Program-made: the position numbers and the translations under genes
Virus record (IMG/VR): IMGVR_UViG_3300022561_000002
Direction: 5' to 3' (one strand)
From: a virus
Taxonomy: Duplodnaviria > Heunggongvirae > Uroviricota > Caudoviricetes
Length of the DNA: 64,000 nucleotides
Shown: positions 50,473-58,552 of the stretch, in pieces
How the letters are laid out: each line of letters starts with the position of its first letter
Position numbering within the stretch: the stretch's first letter is position 1
Notes under the pieces: model-generated
What the model was told of the DNA's origin: nothing
Database searches by the model: none
The model's input: only the letters and a program-made list of their open reading frames with translations

Positions 50473-50519
50473 CATCTTTAGAAAGGTAGAAAAGAGAGAA
50501 AGAAGCCACCGAAATGGCT

Positions 50520-50595
50520 TTGGAGTGCAAGGAGGGAATCGAACCCTCATCTACTGGGTGGAAGCCGGTAATATTAAGCCGTTATACGACTCGCA
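50520..50595 (-). tRNA. tRNA-Gly (anticodon TCC)
   Basis: Acceptor GTGCGAG/CTTGCAC; anticodon loop CTTCCAC (one stem mismatch); T-arm GAGGG-TTCGATT-CCCTC; CCA. Confidence 0.55.
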
Positions 50596-50898
50596 CATAT
50601 TTTAGTGGCAGAACTATTTTGCTTTAATGAGCGTATATGTTCACTTGTTGACTATTCGGAATCTTAGAAATTGATTTTCGGACCGCGCTATAGGTTGTCG
50701 AAACAGTATCGCCGCATTAGTTAAGTATGCGTGGGCTTTGTTAGCCTATATACCATTTAATCTCCTTTTGCTTAGTAGAAGACACACTTTTCCTAAAACC
50801 AAACAACTTTAATTCTCCCAAACTTTCAGTCGCCACTTGGCGCATCTTATTTTAACGACTAGGTGCCAAAGTCGAGTGTATGTACTGGGCACTGCCCA

Positions 50899-50973
50899 TG
50901 GAGCCACCGATAGGAGTCGAACCTACAACCTGCTGATTACAAATCAGCTGCTCTACCATTGAGCCACGAGGGC
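50899..50973 (-). tRNA. tRNA-Thr (anticodon TGT)
   Basis: Anticodon stem GCTGA/TCAGC with loop TTTGTAA; T-arm GTAGG-TTCGACT-CCTAT; CCA. Confidence 0.6.
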
Positions 50974-51042
50974 ATATAACAAGACACAGTTTGTTTCTAT
51001 CAAATAAGAATTTTTTTAGTTGCTGTTCGTGTCTTTAATTTT

Positions 51043-51120
51043 TGGGGGGATAGATGAGATTCGAACTCACAATTTAATAGATTCACAATCTACCGCGTCT
51101 GCCCATTCCGCCACTAACCC
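51043..51120 (-). tRNA. tRNA-His (anticodon GTG)
   Basis: Anticodon stem GTAGA/TCTAT with loop TTGTGAA; 3' end ...CCCCCCA consistent with a His C73/extra 5' residue arrangement; one acceptor mismatch. Confidence 0.5.
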
Positions 51121-51421
51121 TATGTAGTAAAGAGAGGAGAAAATAAGGGCCACTTTAGGTGTGATTCCCTCGAAAAGTCCTTAATCTCAAGCTTCTTATT
51201 CACTCGGCCTTCCAGCCTCGGGCTACACTCCCGTTTCCGCAGAGAGCGACTCTACATCTAGACTTAGCCATAACTCCAAAAGTCGAAACTAAGGGTCAAC
51301 TTCACTAAATCTAAGTTCATATGCGGGGTGAATGAACTCCACTGTCAAGGTGGAGATAGAAACCCTATCACGCTTTGTTTCTTTACCATTCCATCTTATT
51401 GTATATGGTTAAACCCAATCA

Positions 51422-51520
51422 TGGGCACAAGGTTGGAGTCGAACCAACTCAACACGATCTCTCATAAAGCAACTGTAAGGCTTTATTACTTCCCGTTCCC
51501 CGCCGTCGGGTATCTTGCGC
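51422..51520 (-). ncRNA. Aberrant ~99-nt tRNA-like element (canonical acceptor, T-arm and CCA; extra GC-rich insert on the 5' side)
   Basis: Acceptor GCGCAAG/CTTGTGC; T-arm GTTGG-TTCGACT-CCAAC; internal AAAGC-(9 nt)-GCTTT hairpin; no standard cloverleaf. Confidence 0.3.
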
Positions 51521-51523
51521 ATG

Positions 51524-51592
51524 TGGTGCGAAAGGTAGGACTCGAACCTACAGCGTTTCTATGTCACTGATTTACAGTCAGCTTGCTTCGCC
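51524..51592 (-). ncRNA. Short (~68 nt) noncanonical tRNA-like element, anticodon unclear
   Basis: T-arm GTAGG-TTCGAGT-CCTAC and CCA end are clear; acceptor pairing is imperfect; anticodon arm reduced to ACTG-TAAAT-CAGT. Confidence 0.3.
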
Positions 51593-51611
51593 AATTTGCA
51601 TACTCGCGCAT

Positions 51612-51687
51612 TTGGTGGGAAAACTTGGTATCGAACCAAGATCTTTCGGGCTTCAACCGAACACATAAACCATCTATGTTATCTTCC
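51612..51687 (-). tRNA. tRNA-Phe (anticodon GAA)
   Basis: Anticodon stem TTCGG/CCGAA with loop TTGAAGC; acceptor GGGAAGA/TTTTCCC; T-arm CTTGG-TTCGATA-CCAAG; CCA. Confidence 0.7.
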
Positions 51688-51781
51688 CATGTGGATAGTT
51701 TAACGTCAATATCTAGGACGACCTCTGGAGAGGCTAGCAAGCCAGGTGACCTATGGTTACTTTATACTCTTAACCAAGAGT

Positions 51782-51859
51782 TGGTGATATTAGTGGGCCT
51801 CGAACCCACAGAACTCTACCGTGAAAGGGTAGCGGCTTTACCAATTTGCCCATAATACC
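51782..51859 (-). tRNA. tRNA-Glu (anticodon TTC)
   Basis: Anticodon stem CTACC/GGTAG with loop CTTTCAC; T-arm GTGGG-TTCGAGG-CCCAC; acceptor GGTATTA/TAATATC; CCA; 6-nt variable loop. Confidence 0.5.
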
Positions 51860-51862
51860 ATG

Positions 51863-51938
51863 TGGTGCTTACAGCAGGGTTCGAACCTACGACTTCTTCC
51901 TTGTAAGGGAAGCACTCTACCAACTGAGTTATGTGAGC
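51863..51938 (-). tRNA. tRNA-Val (anticodon TAC)
   Basis: Anticodon stem CTTCC/GGAAG with loop CTTACAA; T-arm GTAGG-TTCGAAC-CCTGC; CCA. Confidence 0.6.
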
Positions 51939-52086
51939 AGGGGACCCCGTATATGTGTTAGTTGTTAACTATTAAACTAACTTTTATCCTATCAGGAAAG
52001 ACTACGAGGTCAGAGCCTTGATCAGTACTTACAACGAGGGATCGATATCATCATAACCATATTGATTGCATTTATAGCCTGCCGGC

Positions 52087-52161
52087 TTGGCGACGAATGC
52101 GAGAATTGAACTCGCGTCTCACGGCTGACAACCGCGCATGTTGACCACTATACCAAAACGC
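52087..52161 (-). tRNA. tRNA-Asp (anticodon GTC)
   Basis: Anticodon stem CGCGG/CCGTG with loop TTGTCAG; T-arm GCGAG-TTCAATT-CTCGC; CCA; imperfect acceptor stem. Confidence 0.5.
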
Positions 52162-52266
52162 CATATATATAGAAGTTTTTTATGTTGTCACATATTATTC
52201 TTCCCGAGTGGACTGCTTTAATTCCATATCCGCAAATTAGAATGAAACCGATTAGACAACTAGGTC

Positions 52267-52370
52267 TGGTGGAGACGATGGGAATTGAACCCATGTCCAA
52301 AACATATACTACTAATACTCCTTTTACGCTCTTGCTTTCGTTCGATCAGGTCTCAGGCTGCACCACCAAT
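52267..52370 (-). ncRNA. Aberrant ~100-nt tRNA-like element with a long bulged 5'/3' terminal helix (Y-RNA-like candidate)
   Basis: T-arm ATGGG-TTCAATT-CCCAT and CCA present; the 5' GGTGG...GAGAC segments pair with 3' GTCTC-CACC around a bulge; no anticodon arm recognisable. Confidence 0.3.
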
Positions 52371-52732
52371 TTTTCCTAAAATTGGAAAATATTATATATA
52401 TTCCTTGAGCCTCAAGCACTTGCCCTATATAAGGGATTACTGTTTTGCACGTAATCTAGCCTACGCTGCTAATTGATATTCGTTGTCGATTATTCAATTG
52501 TTTTGGTTATATAGTAACCACTCTAGCGAAAGTATTAGGTTCTCTGCCCTGTCGAAACCTGACGTCCCCATATTAGTGTTAAAAAACGACTTTGATTAGA
52601 TATATAATTACTAAAATAGCAATTATTGTTCCTAAAATGCCCATATCAGCGCCTTCTTTCTTTTTGACAGTTATTGCGGCAAGGGAACTGTAAAACCCAC
52701 GATGCCTTGGCGGCAGCATCACCATATAGCCA

Positions 52733-52810
52733 TTGGTCGGGACAGTAGGATTCGAACCTACGACTTTCCGGTTCCAGACCGGGCACTCTGGCCAAGCTGA
52801 GCTATACCCC
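52733..52810 (-). tRNA. tRNA-Pro (anticodon TGG)
   Basis: Acceptor CGGGGTA/TGTCCCG; anticodon loop TCTGGAA; T-arm GTAGG-TTCGAAT-CCTAC; CCA. Confidence 0.6.
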
Positions 52811-52818
52811 GATATAAT

Positions 52819-52895
52819 TTGGTGCGAACAGTGGGATTCGAACCCACACAATCTAGCTTCTAAGGCTAGCACGTATACCAGTTCCATCACGCTCG
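52819..52895 (-). tRNA. tRNA with anticodon TAG (Leu) but a short type-I variable loop
   Basis: Perfect anticodon stem CTAGC/GCTAG with loop CTTAGAA; T-arm GTGGG-TTCGAAT-CCCAC; A73; CCA. Confidence 0.5.
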
Positions 52896-52898
52896 CAT

Positions 52899-52976
52899 GT
52901 GGTAGGTAGAAAGGGACTTGAACCCTTGCTTGTGAGGGCTTAAACCTCATGCCTCTGCCAATTGGGCTATCTACCC
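52899..52976 (-). tRNA. tRNA with anticodon TAA (Leu) but a short type-I variable loop
   Basis: Anticodon stem TGAGG/CCTCA with loop TTTAAGC; T-arm AAGGG-TTCAAGT-CCCTT; acceptor GGGTAGA/TCTACCT; A73; CCA. Confidence 0.55.
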
Positions 52977-53319
52977 ACATAATTGTCCGAATGTAGAACC
53001 ATTGAGTTGCAACGGAGACTGTTCGGTTCTCTCATTGAGGGTCGCTCAATAAGTCTTTTACTATGTGCCATGCACATATATAAGTTATCTCGATAGTTTA
53101 CTGAAGCGTTGGTACGCCGATTTATCTTTTGATATAAGTGGAGCTGCAGGCCCTTTTATCTTATAATAAATTCTTGCCGTTTTGTAGCCGTCTCATATGT
53201 TGACTACAAAATTTTATTCAAGGATCCTCTTTACGAGGCCACGAGCTAAAAAGATAACTTATATATACGCATGGCTGCGTATACCTATATATTTCGAAAA
53301 GAAAGAGGAGGTGACCTCT

Positions 53320-53394
53320 TGGTGCAAGAGATAGGATTCGAACCTATGACCGCTCGCGTATCAGACGAGTACTCTACCACTGAGTTACACTTGC
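53320..53394 (-). tRNA. tRNA-Ile (anticodon GAT)
   Basis: Anticodon stem CTCGT/GCGAG with loop CTGATAC; T-arm ATAGG-TTCGAAT-CCTAT; CCA. Confidence 0.65.
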
Positions 53395-53399
53395 ATATT

Positions 53400-53476
53400 T
53401 TGGTAGACCACCTGAGATTCGAACTCAGTACCCTTCGGTTAAAAGCCGAATGCTCTAGCCAAATGAGCTAGTAGTC
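53400..53476 (-). tRNA. tRNA-Lys (anticodon TTT)
   Basis: Anticodon stem TTCGG/CCGAA with loop CTTTTAA; T-arm CTGAG-TTCGAAT-CTCAG; CCA. Confidence 0.7.
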
Positions 53477-53582
53477 CACAGGTGATGAGGAGTAGCGATC
53501 CGACCGCATGGCTTTTACTCCCCTATTTAGTCCGGCTTTCTCCCCCTGTAGTGCGGGTTACACCTTCGTCGCTTGGAATTTT

Positions 53583-53657
53583 TGGTGACATGCATGGGAT
53601 TCGAACCCGATATCTGCTCCTTGAGAGGGAGCCGTCCTGCCCTTAGACGAGAATGCC
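53583..53657 (-). tRNA. tRNA-Glu (anticodon CTC)
   Basis: Perfect anticodon stem GCTCC/GGAGC with loop CTCTCAA; acceptor GGCATTC/GCATGTC; weak T-stem; CCA. Confidence 0.45.
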
Positions 53658-53742
53658 ATAATGTAGATTTAGTTTCATTAGAGATACAATACTCTAATAT
53701 ATCCAGTCTCAGCCACGCGGAGGCATCTACTTCTTTGAGACC

Positions 53743-53818
53743 ATGGTTGCGGCGACGGGACTCGAACCCGTAACGTTGACTTATGAGGACAACAAGTTTC
53801 CAATTACTATACACCGCG
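53743..53818 (-). tRNA. tRNA-Met (anticodon CAT; Met, Ile2 or initiator not resolved)
   Basis: Anticodon loop CTCATAA; T-arm ACGGG-TTCGAGT-CCCGT; CCA; 5' boundary uncertain. Confidence 0.5.
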
Positions 53819-54095
53819 ACATAACAAATATCTCCTAACCCTTGGCAGGGACTCTCGATATTATAAAAAGAGTTTTATATAAATCGTATGCCATCTATAT
53901 AAACTCTCTGAAGAGGTTTAGATGTTTTCTAGACACGGGGCTGTCTTCTATCAATTTACTTGAGTTTTGAGTTGCTGTGTGTGTCTAATGATTTTATAAA
54001 ACTGAGTTTGAAATTTGTATATATTCAAGACGCGGGGGTTCAATATTTGGTGCAGGTAATTAGCCAGCGCTATTAAAGTTGAGTTGCTGTATGCG

Positions 54096-54131
54096 TCTTT
54101 TTTTAAAAACAAGGGGAGATTGGATCTCCCC
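54096..54131 (-). terminator. Terminator downstream of family member 1
   Basis: GGGGAGATtggATCTCCCC followed on the minus strand by TTGTTTTTAAAAAAA. Confidence 0.55.
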
Positions 54132-54139
54132 AACTTTTA

Positions 54140-54379
54140 CTATTCAGCGATCTCTTCGTCAACCTTAACTTCGTATCTTTCAACGCCAGCTTTAGGAGTA
54201 ACGAATTTGATTTGGATGTCAGTGTCTGGGACAGTTACGATTAGAGTAGCTCCAGAGAAGCCATAATCAGCAGTGTCAGTCTTTACTTCATATCCAGCAT
54301 CTACTAGAAATTCAGCGATTGCAGTGGATAGAGCTTCTTTAGCAACTTTTTTAACGTCAATTTTCTTTACCTTAGCCAT
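54140..54379 (-). CDS. Member 1 of a 4-copy family of small (~75-80 aa) proteins with a conserved DIQIKPITPKAGVxRYEV C-terminus
   Basis: Own consensus promoters, AAGGAG RBS and terminator hairpin; aligns with paralogs at 56636, 57414 and 59768. Confidence 0.5.
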   Translation of the reverse strand: MAKVKKIDVKKVAKEALSTAIAEFLVDAGYEVKTDTADYGFSGATLIVTVPDTDIQIKFVTPKAGVERYEVKVDEEIAE

Positions 54380-54491
54380 GTGTGATCTCCTTGCCCTATG
54401 GGCCTTTCAAATGTTTACTATAATTAATTAATTTCCCTTGCGTTGGACGCTTGGCTCTTAAATTTTTTGTTTTTTCTTTTTTGGTATACCT

Positions 54492-54520
54492 AATTATATC
54501 ATATTTTTTACAATCTGTCA
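54492..54520 (-). promoter_or_regulatory. Consensus promoter (first of four tandem promoters in 54492-54860) driving family member 1
   Basis: TTGACA-17-TATAAT on the minus strand; three further copies at about 54595-54623, 54675-54705 and 54825-54855. Confidence 0.6.
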
Positions 54521-54842
54521 AGAACTTTTTTGATATTTTTTAGATTTTTAATGCGATGTGTTTTGTTTGATTTCTTTGCTTTTTGATTATATCTAATTAT
54601 ATCATATTTTTAGCAATTTTGCAATACCAATTTTAATATTTTTAAAATTCAGTTTTTCTTGATTTAGATTATATCTAATTATATCATAATTTTGATACAT
54701 CGTCAAGAGGATTTTTAATTTTTTAAAATATTTTGTACTGTTTGCTTTCTGTACTTAAGTTGTAAAAACTACTTATCAGATTTCGGAACTTTGTCCATTT
54801 TTTTTTATTTCCTTAACCTTATGATATATTATATCATATTTT

Positions 54843-55037
54843 TTAAAACTGTGCAATAGAGAATATCTTTTCTGCGGGAAGGACGATTACTCCATATGTC
54901 GGATCCTCATAAAACTTATATTCATCTATACAATCTGTACAGAAGTCATATCCTGCGAAATGAATAATTTCCATTTCGTTTACATGCAGGCACCCGCAAG
55001 TATCGCACTGATAAACTGTTCCTTTGATTTCTTTCAT
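54843..55037 (-). CDS. Small zinc-ribbon protein
   Basis: CDTCGC...CTDC; promoter immediately upstream. Confidence 0.4.
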   Translation of the reverse strand: MKEIKGTVYQCDTCGCLHVNEMEIIHFAGYDFCTDCIDEYKFYEDPTYGVIVLPAEKIFSIAQF

Positions 55038-55102
55038 ATATTTTCCCCTCTCTTAACTTATAATATATTATAACATATTTTTTGCACATTTGCAATAGGC
55101 GT

Positions 55103-55603
55103 TTACAAATTTTCTGAATTATCTTGTAAGATCAGGTGGGAGCCGCAGCAAGTACTTTCAAAAGAACCGCAGTTATTAACAGTCTTACATTTTCTGTCAT
55201 AAACAGCAACTCTCTTAAAGCAACAACTACAAAACAATTCATATTTATGTTTGATCTCTACTACCCTCGTTACGTTGATAGTAGTCGTTCCAAAAGAACC
55301 GATCTCCGCACACAGAGCCTTAAACTCTACATCATGGTTATGGTTAACTCCTGTTTTCTTTGTTATGTAATAGTGCGCCCACTCGTGCCCGATTATATCA
55401 TTTATATCAGACTCTGCTACTGTTTCCAGCATCTGTTTGGAGAACTCCATTTTATATGGAACCACAGTGCTGCCTTTTCTCATGTGCATAACTCGACCTA
55501 AGGTCTTAGTTAATCGACCGTTGATACTTACCTCGATCGAGAAGGTGTCATTCTTAGCCGCACTCAATGTTTCTAACTTTCTTTTGATTTCCTGTAAGTT
55601 CAT
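55103..55603 (-). CDS. SprT-like HExxH zinc metallopeptidase with C-terminal Cys cluster
   Basis: IIGHEWAHYYI HExxH motif; C-terminal CSCC...CGSFESTCCGSH. Confidence 0.5.
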   Translation of the reverse strand: MNLQEIKRKLETLSAAKNDTFSIEVSINGRLTKTLGRVMHMRKGSTVVPYKMEFSKQMLETVAESDINDIIGHEWAHYYITKKTGVNHNHDVEFKALCAEIGSFGTTTINVTRVVEIKHKYELFCSCCFKRVAVYDRKCKTVNNCGSFESTCCGSHLILQDNSENL

Positions 55604-55618
55604 AACACCCTCTCTTTC

Positions 55619-56089
55619 TTATTCTACTTCTGCTGCGGCTCTAGCCTCAGCTTCATCCTCAGCTTCAGCTCTTCCCATGAATTTGTTTTTGATCCCACCA
55701 GTGTAGCCATCAGGCTGACCTTTGTGTTTAGTAACTGTCACGGTATAGAAAGAGCCAGCCGCATCCATGAAGGACATTTTAGTAGTAGAGATCTGTTCAG
55801 GCATGATAGTAACTTCTGCTTCCTCTACTGCTTTGAAGATCCCTGCAAGGACAGCTTCTTTGTTGCTATCTTTCTTTTTCTTAGCCTTCTGATACTTTAC
55901 TTTCTCAAGGGAAGATCTCTTCTCGCCTTCTTTAAGTACAGTGATCTTAGCTTCGATCGCTTCTACCTCAGGAACTTCAATTTCATCATGGTCGAAAGCC
56001 CACAGCTCCATTGCTTCTTCTCTTGTGATCTCCAGTTTGTCCATAGAACCTGTAATGAATTTTTCTTTTTCGCTCATTTTCTTAGCCAT
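55619..56089 (-). CDS. Hypothetical protein with acidic Ala/Glu-rich tail
   Basis: 156 aa ORF with promoter. Confidence 0.4.
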   Translation of the reverse strand: MAKKMSEKEKFITGSMDKLEITREEAMELWAFDHDEIEVPEVEAIEAKITVLKEGEKRSSLEKVKYQKAKKKKDSNKEAVLAGIFKAVEEAEVTIMPEQISTTKMSFMDAAGSFYTVTVTKHKGQPDGYTGGIKNKFMGRAEAEDEAEARAAAEVE

Positions 56090-56214
56090 GTGTGCACCTC
56101 ACCTTTCGCAATCCGATAACTTTGTTTTTTTGTTTTCCTTATTTTTGATTATATCTAATTATACCATAAAAATATAAGATTGTCTATATACAATTTAAAA
56201 AACTTTTTTTGGAT

Positions 56215-56600
56215 ACTGTTATTAAAATTCTCGCGTTCTGTAGGGATCGGCTATATAGAGGGGATCTCGGGAAAATAGCAGATGTCATGTCGAAAAATAT
56301 TTTACATCCAAAAATTGTATGAATTGGTAAAAACTGGAAAACGCCGGCCGTTAACGGCGGGTGCCAAAATTTGACAGTTCCGCCAGAAATTCTCATATAA
56401 CATCTGCCTAATTTTTTGGACATCTGCCTAATTTTTAGATTTTTTTATGCAGATGTCTTATATCCAGCTGTCGCAAATTTTGCGACAACTCATAACCTAC
56501 ACATTTCCAAATTTTTAAAATTGTAGGTTAAATGTCATATACCCACTTGTCAAGTATTCCTTGACAACTGATCCTGTCAAAATTTGACAGTAGACAACTT
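56215..56600. promoter_or_regulatory. Operator-rich intergenic hub with several perfect palindromes and direct repeats
   Basis: TGTCAAAATTTGACA at about 56366 and 56576; GTCGCAAATTTTGCGAC at 56470; TTGTCAAGTATTCCTTGACAA at 56548; ACATCTGCCTAATTTTT twice with inverted GCAGATGT copies. Confidence 0.5.
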
Positions 56601-56629
56601 AAAAAAAGGAAGGACATTTAAGTCCTTCC
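56600..56629 (-). terminator. Terminator downstream of family member 2
   Basis: GGAAGGACatttaaGTCCTTCC with a T7 run on the minus strand. Confidence 0.6.
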
Positions 56630-56635
56630 ATTTTC

Positions 56636-56860
56636 TTACTCTACTTCCAACTCGTATCTAACGATACCAGTTTTTGGAGTGATTGGCTTTAACTGGATAT
56701 CAGTTACGTCAGTGGAAACCACCAAAGTACCTGCGGTCATGCCGAACGCCTTACCATCAGCCACAGCATAACCAGCATCTTCCAATGCCTGTGCTACAAC
56801 TGCCATTACGTCCATCTTTGCTACCATTTTGACATCTACTGCCTTTACTTTCTTTGCCAT
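56636..56860 (-). CDS. Member 2 of the 4-copy small-protein family
   Basis: MAKKVKAVDVK...DIQLKPITPKTGIVRYELEVE; start trimmed to the conserved MAKK ATG. Confidence 0.5.
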   Translation of the reverse strand: MAKKVKAVDVKMVAKMDVMAVVAQALEDAGYAVADGKAFGMTAGTLVVSTDVTDIQLKPITPKTGIVRYELEVE

Positions 56861-57413
56861 AATTACCACCATTTCTTTCCTTTGTCAGTTTTTTCCAAAC
56901 CGACCACTTTGCGATTTTTTTGTTTTTTTGTTTTTGGTTATACCTTATTATATCATAAAATAATATAGTTGTCAAGAATGTAATAAATGTATTTTTTGTA
57001 AATATTTACCATTCTCGTAAGTTAGGTCGGAAAATTATTTTCCTTTGTTTTAACTTATAGTTAATTATACCACGAAATAAAAGAAAAGTCAAGAGAGTAT
57101 AAAATGTATTTTTTGGTAAAAATTGTCGCGTTCTTTAAGTAAAATCCATATATAGAAAAGAAGGGATCTTATGGGAATTTCTGTCAAAAATGTCATTTTA
57201 CATTTTTATGAATGATTTCCAGATATTGGAAGTACTGGTAAATTTTTCCGTCCGCCAGCGGAGGGCGCAAATGGAAAAAACTGGAATCTCTTCCAGTTTT
57301 ATCTAAACAACCTAACTGCTTCAACCACCTTTTTCAAGGCTGTGGGTCTTTCGGGGTTACAGGTTTGTTATTTGCCTACTATTAACCCTTATTCGGCTAT
57401 GGGAAGAAATGGC

Positions 57414-57641
57414 TTATTCAGCCACTTCAACCTCGTATCTAGTTACACCTGCTTTTGGAGTGATAGGCTTCAGCTGAATGTCAGTATCTCCCATTCTTAC
57501 CAGTAGAGTTCCAGAAGTGAAACCGAATTCCTTACCATCAAGAACCTCAATATCAACCTGTTCAAGAGATTCCTTGATAATTGCCATTAGTTCAGTTTTT
57601 GCGATAGCCTTTACATCAATTGCTTTAACTTTCTTAGCCAT
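57414..57641 (-). CDS. Member 3 of the 4-copy small-protein family
   Basis: MAKKVKAIDVK...DIQLKPITPKAGVTRYEVEVAE. Confidence 0.5.
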   Translation of the reverse strand: MAKKVKAIDVKAIAKTELMAIIKESLEQVDIEVLDGKEFGFTSGTLLVRMGDTDIQLKPITPKAGVTRYEVEVAE

Positions 57642-58051
57642 AAAATTCACCATTTCTTTCTTTTAATGTTTTGCTTTAACTTATATCTTATTATACCATA
57701 GGTAGTTAGGATTGTCAACACCTTGTTTCAACTTTTTTAAAAAAGTTTTCTTGATTGTAAGTGTGCGTTCCTTAACCTTGTCTACTCTTACAGTATACCA
57801 CAGTTAGTGTAGGTGTGTCAAGGCTTTTGTCAAAACTTTTTTAAAAAGTTTTTTGGCTTGTGTAACCTTGCCCTTCCTTAACTGTAACTATAGTATACCA
57901 TAGCATACTTGTTCCGTCAACCCCTTTTAGGAAAATAATTGCAATTATTTCAAATTATTTTTCATTAGCAAAAAATGGTTGAATTGACATTAAATGGAAA
58001 ATGTCGGCCGCTCACGGTCGACCGAAAAATGGGAGCATCATGCTCCCAAAT

Positions 58052-58552
58052 TTATCCGTAAATTTTAACTAAAATTTTATCATATTTTTCTATGACTTGT
58101 GGTTTGCTTTTTACAGCAAGAGCAACAAAATCATTTGCAAGTCGCTCCGTTTCGATTTTATAATATTCTTCTAAAAATCTTTTTTTGGTAAAATTTTCAT
58201 CAATATTATAAATCATGTTTAAGGTGCTAACTTCCATTAAGCAATTTTCGAAAAAATCATTTTTCAAATCATATGCTCTTTTGCTGAAAAAATGCCCAAG
58301 TTCATGAAGAAAACCAACTGTGAAAGTAGAATAATTTTTTTGCGTTAATTCTCTAAAAAACTTTTCAAGAATTTCTTCCGTTTCAAAATCTTCGGTAACG
58401 TTAGAAACCCCAATTGTTTGGTCGGTATGTAAGTACCACCAATTATTATCGACTTTGATTTTTACATCAAGCCCAATTAATTCTTTGGCAAAATTTCTAT
58501 AAAGTTTTTTCAAATTTTTTGCGTTCATATTATCCACCTTTCCCCTAATCAA
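58052..58552 (-). CDS. HExxH metallopeptidase (ImmA/IrrE-like)
   Basis: VGFLHELGHFF motif. Confidence 0.4.
   Translation of the reverse strand: MIRGKVDNMNAKNLKKLYRNFAKELIGLDVKIKVDNNWWYLHTDQTIGVSNVTEDFETEEILEKFFRELTQKNYSTFTVGFLHELGHFFSKRAYDLKNDFFENCLMEVSTLNMIYNIDENFTKKRFLEEYYKIETERLANDFVALAVKSKPQVIEKYDKILVKIYG

Noticed and set aside
51121-51421. tmRNA or RNase P RNA
   Set aside because: There is no tag-peptide reading frame with a resume codon. There is no GGAAAGTCCGGGC or ACAGAACCCGGCTTA P4-type motif.
51782-51859. Reading of this tRNA as an opal-suppressor (anticodon TCA)
   Set aside because: That register requires a mispaired anticodon stem. The alternative register gives a perfect 5-bp stem with loop CTTTCAC and anticodon TTC (Glu), with U33 and A37 in place.
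52579-52980. 133-aa ORF (also 53527-53814 and 36713-36895)
   Set aside because: It spans several tRNA genes. The reading frame is open only because of tRNA sequence.
56184-56423. 79-aa ORF in the operator-rich region (also 53951-54133 and 56757-56975)
   Set aside because: It overlaps palindromic regulatory repeats or the better family-member ORF. It has no RBS.
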